In this document: in pieces, positions 39,393 to 50,772 of the stretch | Numbering within the stretch: the stretch's first letter is position 1 | How the letters are laid out: every line of letters starts with the position of its first letter | From: Malacoraja senta | Lineage: Eukaryota | DNA: 64,000 nt | Assembly: GCA_038087875.1 (NCBI GenBank) | Contig: CM075996.1 | Location: forward strand, 9,736,001 to 9,800,000 | Direction: 5' to 3' | Notes under the pieces: model-generated | Told to the model about the DNA's origin: nothing | Database searches by the model: none | Seen by the model: only the letters and a program-made list of their open reading frames with translations | Position numbers and translations under genes: made by a program

Positions 39393-39635
39393 CTTTACAT
39401 TTTGCTCCTCTCATCTTAAAGCTCTGCCTCAAGCTCCTGCTGATTGCTGCACCATGGAATACGTTTCCTACATTAAGGTTGCCTCATGCTTGCACCTCCA
39501 CTTCCTACCCCAGCACCAGTGGTGTTACAGTGATAGACTTGGAGCAGCACACCTCCTCCACAGTGCAAGCTTGGTGGATGAATGGGAGCAAGTTGAGGCT
39601 CTAGCTGTGGTAGTGTTGCAGTTAAGTCGCTGAAC

Positions 39636-40442
39636 TATTGTATTGTATTGTATTGTATATCTTTATTGTCATTTCCTGAGTATTCGCATACCAGAGGAAA
39701 CAAAAAAACGTTCCTCAACCAGTGTCCATTTCAGTGTGCAGTAAATAATAAATAGAAGTAAAAATACATATATCATGAACAAATTAACTCTACTAAACAT
39801 CAACAGGCGTTCCGATCGGCAGCGGCACGACAGTGGCTCTGCTGCAGTGTGTCCAGGTTGGTGGTTGGTGCACGATACTTTGGCAGGGGGCAAAGTCCGT
39901 TTATCAGTCTTATAACCTGCGGGAAGAAGCTGAGGAGCATCCTGCTGGTTTTGCACCTAATGCTCGGTACCTCTTCCCAGATGGCAGGATGGAGAATATG
40001 TGGTGCAATGGGTGGTAGGGGTCTTTGATGATGGAGATGGCTCTGCTGATACATCTCTTCCTGTATATGTCCAGCAGGAAAGGGAGTGGAGCACCAATAA
40101 TCCTGCTGGCGGTCTTCACAATCCTGTCTAGTTGGTGCCGTTCGTACGCCTTGCAGCTCCCGAACCAGGAAGTGATGCCGTAGGTTAATGTGCTCTCGAT
40201 TGTCCCCCTATAAAAAGTTCGTAGGTGTGTAGTGGGGAGACCTGCTTTACGTAGTCTTCGGAGAGGGTGTAGTCGCTGCTGGGCTCTCTTGACCAGTGCT
40301 GTGGTGTTGGTCGTGGACGTCAGGTCATCTGACAGGTGGAGTCCTAGGAACTTCACGCTGTTGACCCTTTCCACATCAGCTCCATCGATGTGCAGAGGTG
40401 TATGGTGTTGTTTTCCCGCCCTCCTGAAGTCAACCACCATCT
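39636..40442 (-). mobile_element. Rex1/Babar LINE 3' fragment
   Basis: MVVDFRR..VERVNSVKFLGLHL..AQQRLHPLRRL..FYRGTIESTLTYGITSWFG; TGACAATAAA and (CAATA)n tail. Confidence 0.92.
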
Positions 40443-40484
40443 AGCAACCAAAGCTGTAGACCACAGATATATTAGTTCAAAGGG

Positions 40485-40790
40485 TGGCACGGTGGCCCAG
40501 CGGTAGAGTTGCTGCCTTAGAGCACTTTCAGCGCCGGAGACCCGGGTTTGAACCTGACTACGGGTGCTTGTCTGTACGGAGTTTGTACGTTCTCCCCGTG
40601 ACCTGCGTGGGTTTTCTCTGAGATTTTCGACTTCCTCCCACACTCCAAAGACGTTCAGAATTTGTAGGCTAATTGGCTTGGGAATGTAAAAATTGTCCTA
40701 GTGGGTGTAGGACAGTGTTAATATGCGGGATCGCTAGTTGACACGGACCTGGTGGGCCAAAGGACCTGTTTCCGCGCTGTATCTTAAACT
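40485..40790 (+). mobile_element. HE1-like SINE
   Basis: Head-core-tail. Confidence 0.88.
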
Positions 40791-41229
40791 AAAAATGCCA
40801 CCAGGCAGTTGTATTTAAATTTGCGTAATTCAAAAATCCTCAATATTTGAGTCGGTCTCAAATGACATATGCACTGTAAATATCCACTGGTTTGTCAATG
40901 TCCGTATTTAGTAGCAGAGTATTCCTTTCCCCTTTATCCCTCTCAGAGCCCCCTCACATCAGTTCCCCATGGTTCTCTTGCTAATTGCCTACACAAGTGG
41001 TATCTTTTAAGAGCCAATTAACTTATCTACACACCACAAAGTTCTGGAGCAACTCAGCTTGTCAGGCAGCATCTGTGGAGGGAAATGGACAGATGCCATT
41101 TTGGGTGGGGATCCTTCCTCAGATTGATTATAGTTGGGGGTGTGAAAGCTGTAAAAGAGGTGGGGTGGGACAAAATCCCAACTGCCTTATTGACCTCTCT
41201 GCTCCCCTTACCCACTCCGCCCTCACTCA

Positions 41230-41576
41230 CTGAGACTCGGTATGTCAAAGAGGATTCTCTTGAACTTCTACAGGTGCACAGTAGAGAGCATGCTGACCGG
41301 TTGCATCGTGGCCTGGTTCAGCAACTTGAACGCCCAAGACTGAAGAAGGCTGCAAAAAGTTGTGACCACTGCCCAGTCCATCACCGGCTCTGACCTCCCC
41401 ACCATCGAAGGGAACTATCGTAGTCGCTGCCTCACAAAGGCAGCCAGCATCATCAAAGACCCACCCCATCCTGGCCACACACTCATCTCACCACTGCCAT
41501 CGGGAAGAAGGTACAGGAGCCTGAAAACTGTAACGTCCAGGTTCAGGAACAGCTCCTTCCCCACAGACATCAGGCT
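41230..41576 (+). mobile_element. Rex1/Babar LINE fragment interrupted by DIRS; 3' tail resumes at ~44955-45110
   Basis: KAASIIKDPPHPGHTLISPLPSGRRYRSL..SRFRNSSFP. Confidence 0.88.
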
Positions 41577-44500
41577 ATTTTACTTCATAGTCACGTGAGT
41601 GATTCCGTGAAGAGGTCCCGCCAGTCCGCATGCGCGTCATTACGTCTGTTGCATGGCGAAGCGACTGACTGGCAGGTGCGTCGGTCCTGCCAGCGGTAAG
41701 TTTAAACCTACAGGTAAGTTTTGTATTTCTTACCAGGTTCTGTTTTTTCTTGCAGGAACCACTTCTTACAGAGGTTTCCAGCTTGATGTTGTCGCGAAGT
41801 CCGGACGGGCCGCGGGAAACCGGCTATGGGCTGTGGGGACACTCCGGTCCGGACCGCGGAAACGCGGGTAGCTGCCGGCCGTCGGGTTCGCGATCCCAGT
41901 CGCTGACAATGCGGTCAGCGGCTTCCAGGCCGCTGTGGTTCCCATGGAGGGGTAAATCCAGGAGGAAGGCGGTATCACCACCAGAGTCGCTGACCACTGT
42001 GGTCCCCAGGACATGGGGTAAAACCAACAATAAGTCGGTCAGGCCTATGGACTCGGGCGAGTCAGGTCAGGAGGGTTCCCCTCCTTCAATGGGTAGCGTC
42101 TTCGGACGTCTACCCCACATGGAGCACCTAATGGAGAGGTTGCTCCACGATGATATGCTCCGATGGAGGGAGCTATCAGCCCGGGTCTGCTCAGGAGCCC
42201 GCGGCAGCGGCACCTGTTACAGGGCTGCACAATGTCTCATTCTCTGAGGAGGGGAGCATTTGGGGTCAGTTTTCTGACTCGGGAGATCGAAGGTATAGCG
42301 GCGAGCCATACCACGAGGCACGAAGGGCTTAACTCGACGTGCCCGCAAGGAAAAATGGAGCATAGATAGCGCTCTCGGAAGTTTATCCCACAAATGTGAT
42401 GTTCCATCCTGGTATAGGTCCGTTGGAGGAGCCATATCAGCACAGGTATCCTCAGGGGCCTGCGGCAGCACCTGTTTCAGGGCTGCCTACGAATCTCCCT
42501 CTCTGTGGAGAGGAGTGCGAGTGGTCAGTGTGTAACTGACTTCAAATTCTAAAGTATGTCCGTGGAACATACTGGAGCACATGCGTATGGCTTCAAGGGA
42601 ACCCTCGCAAACGAAGGTGTTGCTGCCAGAAGAGTTGGTTACCAGCCGTTGGCAGAATACCCGGAAGGGGCCAGAGTTCCCTCACGCTACAAGTGCCGGC
42701 AGTGAACAGCGCTATAAGGGAACATTAGAGCAGCCGCCGAATCTTCTATTCAGGTAAGACCTATTCAACAGGCAACACCTGGATGAGGAAGCAAAAGCTG
42801 TCGGACCAATCAAGGTACCAACGACGAGCAAAGCTTCATCGTTTCGGCGACAATGCACCCCATGCCTCCAGCGGCAGTAAGCAGTTCACTGAAGCTGATG
42901 GCAGCGTGAAAGCTGGGCAGAGGTTCCACGCACCCTACCAGTCCTACTCTACATAACCAGGCAGGTAGGTGGGTCTGGCACTTCCGAAACATGGGGTAAG
43001 TGGACCACTTACAAGTTGGTAATATTTACACTTGTTTGTACAACACACAAATGTTTAAGGCATTGTTATCTACTTTGCGGCATCTAACCATGTAAAACTG
43101 CACAATACTTATATTGAAGCAGGTTTGGAATTAGGGCCAGAATTGTCTTTTAAGACAGGCTCAGTATTATGGCCAGGGTTGCCATCGAGACAGGATCGGA
43201 AATATGGCCAGAGTTGTCTTCGCGGCAGGCTCAGAATTATGGCCAGAGTTGTCGTTCGTGGCAGGCACGGAATGATGGCAGGCGTGGCCTGTTCATTGGG
43301 AAAGATGGAGAATGGCGTTTAACTCGCATGTGCAGTATAAACTTTTCCGAATAGGAAACTTCGTTACTGACTAACAACTGATTTTCATAAGGATCTTAAA
43401 GATACATTCTATTCAGTTCCCATTTACAGGGAGCACCGGAGACATTTGAAATGATCAGGATTGATAACAGTAATGATAACAGTAAAGCATTGCTAAATGG
43501 GCTAAACTAGTAACCCACGTTTTACCAAATTACTAAAATCAGTGCTTGGACTACTCAGAGTTCAAAAACACTTGTTATGTCTTGACTGGATGTTATTCTA
43601 ATGCTGTATTTTGCTAAAATCAACTCAAAGCTATATTTTAGAAAATTGCATCCATCCAGTTAAATTTAAGTTGTTACGAAACTTGTTGGTCTTTGGGATT
43701 TACCTTTAACTATTAATTAGCCTATGACTCCGCCCTGGGGCAAGAGACTGGAGTTAATAGAAACCTATAACAACCTTGTTGTTATAAAGCAGCCTTCTAT
43801 TCATCAAGAGTAATTGGCAATATAGTAGCTGTGATTCAGCTGTGCAAGTCGGGCTGACATCGTACAAAGTAGCAACCTCTCAAGTGCCATGTAAGTCATT
43901 GTTAACAGGCCTATGCTATTACCAGCTGAAGCTACCAAAGTCATAATGATGGATGAACAGTATTCAGGCTATTAAACCTGGCTCAGACAAAACTCTGATC
44001 ATTAATAACCCATTATCTGTTATTTGCACTTTATCAGTCTATTTATTCATGTGTGTATATATTTATATAATGGTATATGGACACACTGATCTGTTTTGTA
44101 GTAAATGCCTACTGTGTTCTGTGGGCTGAGGCAAAGCAAGAATTTCATTGTCCTATCGGGGACACATGACAATAAACTCACTTGAACTTGAACTTGAGCA
44201 TTGCTCCAGTAGTTTGGTCAGTAAAATTTCAGTTATATTACAAACTAATGCTAAGTGCTCTAAGGTGGAAAATTGCGAATGTCATCTCTAGTTCGGAGGT
44301 GGAGGAGATTTGCATGAGTTGCCAATTCTTCAGTTATTGGTATCAACTATCTATAGACAATAGGTGTATTCTATGGGTTAAAGGGTTATTGAGCGAATAT
44401 GCCTAATCTGCATGCTCAACTTCAACTTGATACACTATGGTGGTGGCATATGTTAGTCACATGGGTGCAATCAAGTAAAAGTATCCTGTAATAGTTTACC

Positions 44501-44950
44501 TAATCTCATTTGCCACTGGTGTATCATCAAGTACAGATCAATGACAACACAGAATGGGTGTTGGAGCACACAGTATTTATGAAATTATGGTTCGCGGGAA
44601 CGGTGACGGACGCACCACACATCTCCGTCCTCCAGTTCCTGCAGACTTCCGCCGCTGGAAGTACAGGATTTTGGGGTGTGTGTGCTTTATCATCGTTCCT
44701 TACAATGTTATGTACGACAGTGATCGCAACTTCTACTGAAGTGTGGATGGCCGTTGGCTCCATAGGAGCTCATCCGCCCTTTAACAGATCTTGTTTTTGG
44801 TCCAGCTGGAGGTCCACAGCCCCCTCCTCACCTGGCAAACCAGGTGGGGGAGACGTTTTAGTCGCCGACTATCCGACCATGGAGCAGGTAGCACGGGATT
44901 ACAAGGTACCCGTGGCGGGGGAACTCCTCCTGACCTGACCTTACATACCT
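41577..44950 (+). mobile_element. Degenerate DIRS1-like retrotransposon (left terminus intact, right terminus missing)
   Basis: Left end ATTTTACTTCATAGTCACGTGAGTGA..GCGCGTCATTACGTC matches the left end of 49295-54907; gag-like MEHLMERLLH; RT DLKDTFYSVPI (~43390); VAYVSHMG (~44440); DNTEWVL; ALSSFL..IGAHP. Confidence 0.8.
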
Positions 44951-45159
44951 TTGTAAGTATGTGTGTGTGTATATATATATACACTCAACTTTATTTTTCT
45001 CTCTTGTTTATTATATTGTTCACAGTGAACTGTTTACATATTCTGCTATGCTGCTGCGAGTGAGAATGTCATTGTTCTATCTGGGGCACATGACAATAAA
45101 ACACTCTTGACTCTATCTGGGACATATGACAATATCTGGGACATATAACAATAAAACAC

Positions 45160-47100
45160 TCGACTCTCTCTCTCTAAACACACAGCCCTCTGCTCACTTT
45201 GCAAGAATCCCAACGTTGTTGTTAAACCTGCCGACAAGGGAGGTGCAAGTGGGGCTGACATCTGTAATAGTAGATAAGAGTAATATGGTGCCGAGATTGT
45301 CTCTAACCCCTCTCCCCTCACCTCCTCACCTCTCCCCTACCCTCCCTCTCCCTCCCCTCGTCTCCTCTCCACTCCCATCCTCTACCCCCCTCTCCGCGCC
45401 TTTCCTCTCCTCCCCTCTCCACTCCGCCCCTCTCCTCTCCCCACCCCCCCCTCTCCTCTGCTCTGTGGCTGACCTGTAGCGTGCTGAGGCCAGGCGCCAG
45501 CTCTTGGACTCCTCCTCATACCTATCCTGGACACCACAGACCAACACCAGGCCACCGTCTCCCAGACGTTTACTCATCTCCGCACCTCCTCCACAGCTTC
45601 CAACCTTAACGTCGTTCCTCAGCCCCGCACTGCCCACTTCTACCTCTGGCCCAAAATCCACAAACAGGGCTGTCCTGGCAGACCCATTGTCTCTGCCTGC
45701 TCCACTAAACTCATCTCCACACATCTCGCTTCCATCCTATCCCCCTGGTCCAGTCCCTGCCAACCTACGTCCGAGACACATCACACGCACCTCAACTCTT
45801 TAATAACTTTCAGTTTCCAGGTTCCCATTGCCTCATCTATACCATGGACGTCCAGTCCCTCCACGCCTCCGTCCCAAACCCGGAAGGTCTCAAGGCCTCT
45901 GGTTCTTCCTCAAACAGAGACCCAATCAATATCCCTCTACTAACACTGTCCACCTAGCGGAACTTGTCCTCACCCTTACCCTTAACAACTTCTCTTTCAA
46001 CCTCTCACTTCCTCCAAGTTAACGGTGTGGCCATGGGCACGTACATGGTCCCCAGCTACACCTGCTTATTTGTCGGTTACATAAGGTCAGGAGTAGGCCA
46101 TTCGGCCCAGCAGGTCTACTCCGCCATTCAATCATGGCTGATCTATCTCTCCCGCCCAACCCCATTCTCCTGCCTTCTCCCCATAACCCCTGACACCCGT
46201 ACTAATCAAGAATCTATCTATCTGCCTTAAAAATATCCACTGACTTGGCCTCTACAGCCTTCTGTGGCAAAGAATTCCACAGATTCACCACCCTCTGAAC
46301 AAAGGCATTTCTCCTCATCTCCTCCTTAAAGGAATGACTTTCCCACAAGTGGAAACATCCTCTCCACATCCACTCTATCCAAGCCTTTCACAATTCTGTA
46401 TGTTTCAATGAGGTCCCCCCTCATTCTTCTAAAGTCCAGCGCGTATAGGCGCAATGCCGACAAACACTCATCATAGGTTAACCTACTTATTCCTGTAAAC
46501 TCAGTCCTTGTTCCAGGCCTACACTGGCCCTATCTCCCAATATTGTCTGTTGCATTGACTGCATTGGGGCTGCCTCCTGCACCCGTGCAGAACTCGTTGA
46601 TTTCATTAACTTCAACGCTAAGTTCCACCCTGCCCCCACATGTACCTGGACTACCTCTGACAACTCTCTCCGCTATCCTGATCTCTCTGTCTCTATCACA
46701 GGGTCAGACTAACTGCTGACATCTACAACAAACCTACCGACTCCCTCAGTTACCGACTACACTTTCTCCCACCCTGCCTCTGGTAAAGACGCGATCCCCT
46801 GCTCTTAATTTCTGTCTCCGCCGCATCTGCTCCCAATTTCCATTCTATAACATCTGAGATGTCTTAGACAATAGACAATAGGTGCAGGAGTAGGCCATTA
46901 GGCCTGAATGGCCAGCACCGCCATTCAATGTGATCATGGCTGATCATCCCTAATCAGTACCCTGTTCCTGCCTTCTCCCCATATTCCCTGACTCCGCTAT
47001 CTTTTAGAGCTCTTAGCTCTCTCTTGAAAGTATCCAGATAACCTGCTTCCACCGCCCTCTGAGACCCTTCTTTCTTTAGAAAATGTGGTTTCCCCCTGGG
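45160..47100 (+). mobile_element. Fragmented Penelope-like RT, interrupted by CR1 pieces (46085-46495, 46866-47060)
   Basis: NPNVVVKPADKGG, PKIHK..GRPIVSAC, TMDVQSL, GVAMGT..PSYTCLFVGY. Confidence 0.82.
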
Positions 47101-47254
47101 GTGAGAACACAGGAGAGGAGGGGGCAGTTACTTAAAACTGGAGAACTCAATGTTCGTACTCAGTCTGAAACGTCACCCATCCTTTTTCTCCAGAGATGCT
47201 GCCTGTCCCGTTGCGTTACTCCAGAATTTTGTGTCTATCTTCAGTGTTGATATT

Positions 47255-47456
47255 AAGATAGACACAAAATGCTGGAGTAACTCAGCGGGACAGACAGCAT
47301 CTCTGGAGAGAAGGAATGGGTGACATTTCGGGTCGAGACCCTTGTTCAGACTGCCCCTTCCTTCTCTCCAGAGATGCTGCCTGTCCCGCTGAGTTACTCC
47401 AGCAATTTGTGTCTTTCTTCGATTTGAACCAGCATCTGCAGTTCTTTCCGTACACA
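47255..47456. mobile_element. Fold-back Penelope pLTR mini-insertion
   Basis: Inverted halves; 15-bp near-perfect TSD TTCAGTGTTGATATT (47240-47254) / TTCAGTATTGATATT (47457-47471). Confidence 0.75.
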
Positions 47457-47483
47457 TTCAGTATTGATATTTTTGGATCGTAA

Positions 47484-47811
47484 AGGGCCTGTCCCACTTA
47501 GGCGACTTTTTCAGCGACTGCGGCACCCGTCATAGGTCGTTGCAGGTCGCCAAAAATGTTCAACGTTGAAAATCCAGCTGCGACCAGAAAGACGCTACGA
47601 CTCTTTGGGCGACTGAGGAGACTACTCACGACCGTACAGGCGACACCCTGGCGACATGTCACGGGTTAAACCTGTAAGGTGGTGAGTAGTCGCCCAAAGA
47701 GTTGTACCTTGTTCTGGTCGCCGCTGGATATTCAACATGTCGAACATTTTCGGCGACCTGCAACGACCCATGATGGGTGCCGGCAGTTGCCGAAAAAGTG
47801 GGACAGGCCCA
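47484..47811. mobile_element. Palindromic PIF/Harbinger-like MITE
   Basis: TIR GGGCCTGTCCCACT..AGTGGGACAGGCCC, body nearly fully self-complementary, flanks TAA/TGA. Confidence 0.8.
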
Positions 47812-48582
47812 TGAGATATCCAAGTGGAGTGTCAGCATGTCTTTGGAATGAGGGAGGAAACTAGAGCACCCAGTGGGAAACCACAGTCAGAGGCAGAGGT
47901 CGCAAACTCCTGAGATCTGGATCAAACCCGGGTCCATAGAGCTGAGAGGTAGCAGCACCAGCTGTTTCTTCATCGTGTCTCCTTGAAGGAAACATGACCT
48001 AAATCTGAGTCAGGACCCACCACTGTGGTCGAAGCTTAACTGCCTCCACAGTTCAGGGGCAATTAGCAGCAGACAATGAGTGTTGGCAGGGCAGTAACAT
48101 CCGAATCCTGTTAACAAATACGTTAAAGGAAGTACTTGGGATGAAAGGCATAATTAGTGTGTGCAGTTTACAGAGCCAGATGCCATTGGACATGTGGACG
48201 GAAGGGAACCTTGTTATAGACATACTTCAAAATTGCCACGAACCGAAGCCTTATAGAAAATATGCGGCTTCAAAATTTGATGTAAACATTTGAAAAAATA
48301 AGTTTTGTGAAGTTTATGAGATGTGTTGAAAACATATTGTTTTCTGGGCTGCTGTAGTGAAGAAATAAATCTGTAGTTCCAGCCGCAACGTGACGCAAGG
48401 GACACCGTAATCTTTTCTTCATTCTGCTGCTTCTGTCATCTCTGGCAGAGATTTTCTGAAATGGGTGCATTTTAAAGTAGTAAGTGTTAAAGAAGGAACT
48501 GCAGATGCTGGAAAATCGAAGGTACACAAAAATGCTGGAGAAACTCAGCGGGTGCAGCAGCATCTATGGAGCGAAGGAAACA

Positions 48583-48616
48583 GGTAACGTTTCGGGCCGA
48601 AACCCTTCTTCAGACC
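48583..48616 (-). ncRNA. Putative minimal hammerhead ribozyme
   Basis: GGU-CUGAAGA-A-GGG(UUUCGG)CCC-GAAACGUU-ACC; 3-bp helix I. Confidence 0.55.
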
Positions 48617-49803
48617 GTGCTCCCTCTTCCTTTCTGCCCATTGATATTGTGGTAAGAGGAGATGTAGAGTGTGATTCAGGCTTGAGAGCTCCCAGTCTTG
48701 GCTGAAGATGATAGTTGATGGGGCTGAATAATGGGCAGTGTTTCCTGGGCGTGGCAGGGGAGATATCCAGCCAGGCTTTGTATCGCTGATAACTAAACAG
48801 TGTTTAGTTTAGAGATACAGCGCGGAAACAGGCTCTTCGCCCCACCGAAAAACAAAAAAAGTCGAAATAACGAACACACTGCCGGCAGGGCAGCCGACTC
48901 GCAGCGCCCACAACTGACCAACCGATACAGTGCTGAAACAAGCCCTTCGGCCCACCGAGTCCATACCGACCAGCGGTCCTCACACACTAACACTATCCTA
49001 CACACACTGGGGACTACAAACCTGTGCACCTTTGGAGTGTTGGAGGAAACCAGATATCCTGGAGAAAACCCACGTGGTCAGGGGGAGAACGTGCAAACTC
49101 CGTGCAGACAACTCTACCGTCGGCCACAGTGCCAGCCACTGTGTAGGTGAAGAAAGTCAGAAGGTAGACACAAAATGCTGGAGTAACTCAGCGGGTCAGG
49201 CAGCATCTCTGGAGAGAAAGAATGGGCGACGTTTCGGGTCGAGACCCTTCTTCAGATTGATGTCAGGGGAGGGAACAGGACAAAGATAGAATGTTAAGAT
49301 TAAACGAGAACTTACCTAAGTTTGAAGTTTCATCTTTATTTTATGAGGAGTTACGTAGATGATTACGTGAAGAACCCCGCCAGCGCGCCTGCGCGTCAAT
49401 CTTCAAAGCAGCGCTGTGAAATCACAAAAAACACCAACCGAAGTAATATAGTCTCATAATAAAACGAGTAATACAAGAACTTCCATCTGACCTTTATGAT
49501 AGAGGGTAGGGTCGTGGTGGGCACGTAATCACCTACGTAACTCCTCATAAAATAAAGATCAAACTTCAAACTTAGGTAAGTTCTCGTTTAATCTTACTAT
49601 TTTACTTTGGAGTCCCGTGAGTGACTACGTGAAGATTTTAAAGCTTTGTGATTTCATGCCGTAGATCAATCCTGGCTTCTCACTGCATTGATTGACTCGG
49701 AACGAGAATAATCAATCATGCATTCATAATAACATTTGTACCACAAATGCAGTAATTCATTTTAATAATGAAATTAATCAGATCCCCTTTAAACCAGAGG
49801 AAT

Positions 49804-50770
49804 TTACACAGAACTTAAAATAGTTTCTGCAAACAATCCCGCATTAACAATAGGCCGATGGTAAAAATGTTGAAACATCAACTCATTGGACCACCCTGCG
49901 TCTGCGAGGATATGGTCGACGGGGACGTCTTTTGCCCTGGCCGCCGACGTTTCTGCTGCCCTAGTCGAGTGAGACGTAAAAACATAAGTGTTAATACCAG
50001 CAGCTGTTAAGACTTCTTTTATCCATCTGGAAATAGTCTGTATTGAAACTCTCTTGTGTGGTTTCTTGTGTGTGATCAACAACCCAGTTTCCGTATTTCT
50101 CAAATTCTTTGTGACCTCAATGTATTGTAACAAATATGTCTTAACACAGAGACAAGGATCATTTGGATATGCTGCTAGCATAATTTTAAATCCTGTCACA
50201 CCTGGCCTAATTGGCTTTAGTAGGTCATAGATATAGAATGTAACCTTGTCTTCAGTTACTTCCATACTGTCTATTTGTAATTTTCCAAGTGTTTGCACTC
50301 GTTCTGCTGTCACTCATGCCATAAACATGAATACTTTCATACTGAGCTTGGCCAAAGGTAAAGACACACTTGGTGACCATTCACAAAGTAGTTTCACAGT
50401 ACCACACTTACATCCCAGATTGTCATGTACCTAGGTTTCGGTGGTTTGGAATTAAAGATTCCTTTCATTAGTCTGGAAACAATTGGGTGTGACCCAATTG
50501 GGTTTCTTTCTGAATCCAGAACCAAATATGAGGACAATGCACTTCTGGCTGAATTAATTGCACTACAACTCAGACCTTCATCATAATAAAGTTTTGACAG
50601 AAATTCTAAACATTTGAAATATCTGCAGTACTATATTGCACATTCTTTTGTACACCGAACTCTTCCCATTTCTTAATATAAGAAAGGTACTGTTTTTGAG
50701 TGCTCTTCCTCCCGGCTGCCGTAAGCATGTCCACAGTACGCTCAGACAGTCCTCGCCCCAGAAAAGGCCT
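49804..50770 (-). pseudogene. DIRS tyrosine recombinase (disrupted)
   Basis: SAM-like N-terminus (INSARSALSSYL..IGSHPIVSRLMKGIF), R..HSTRAA..AGWS..FQHFY catalytic motifs; frame disruptions. Confidence 0.9.
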
Positions 50771-50772
50771 TC

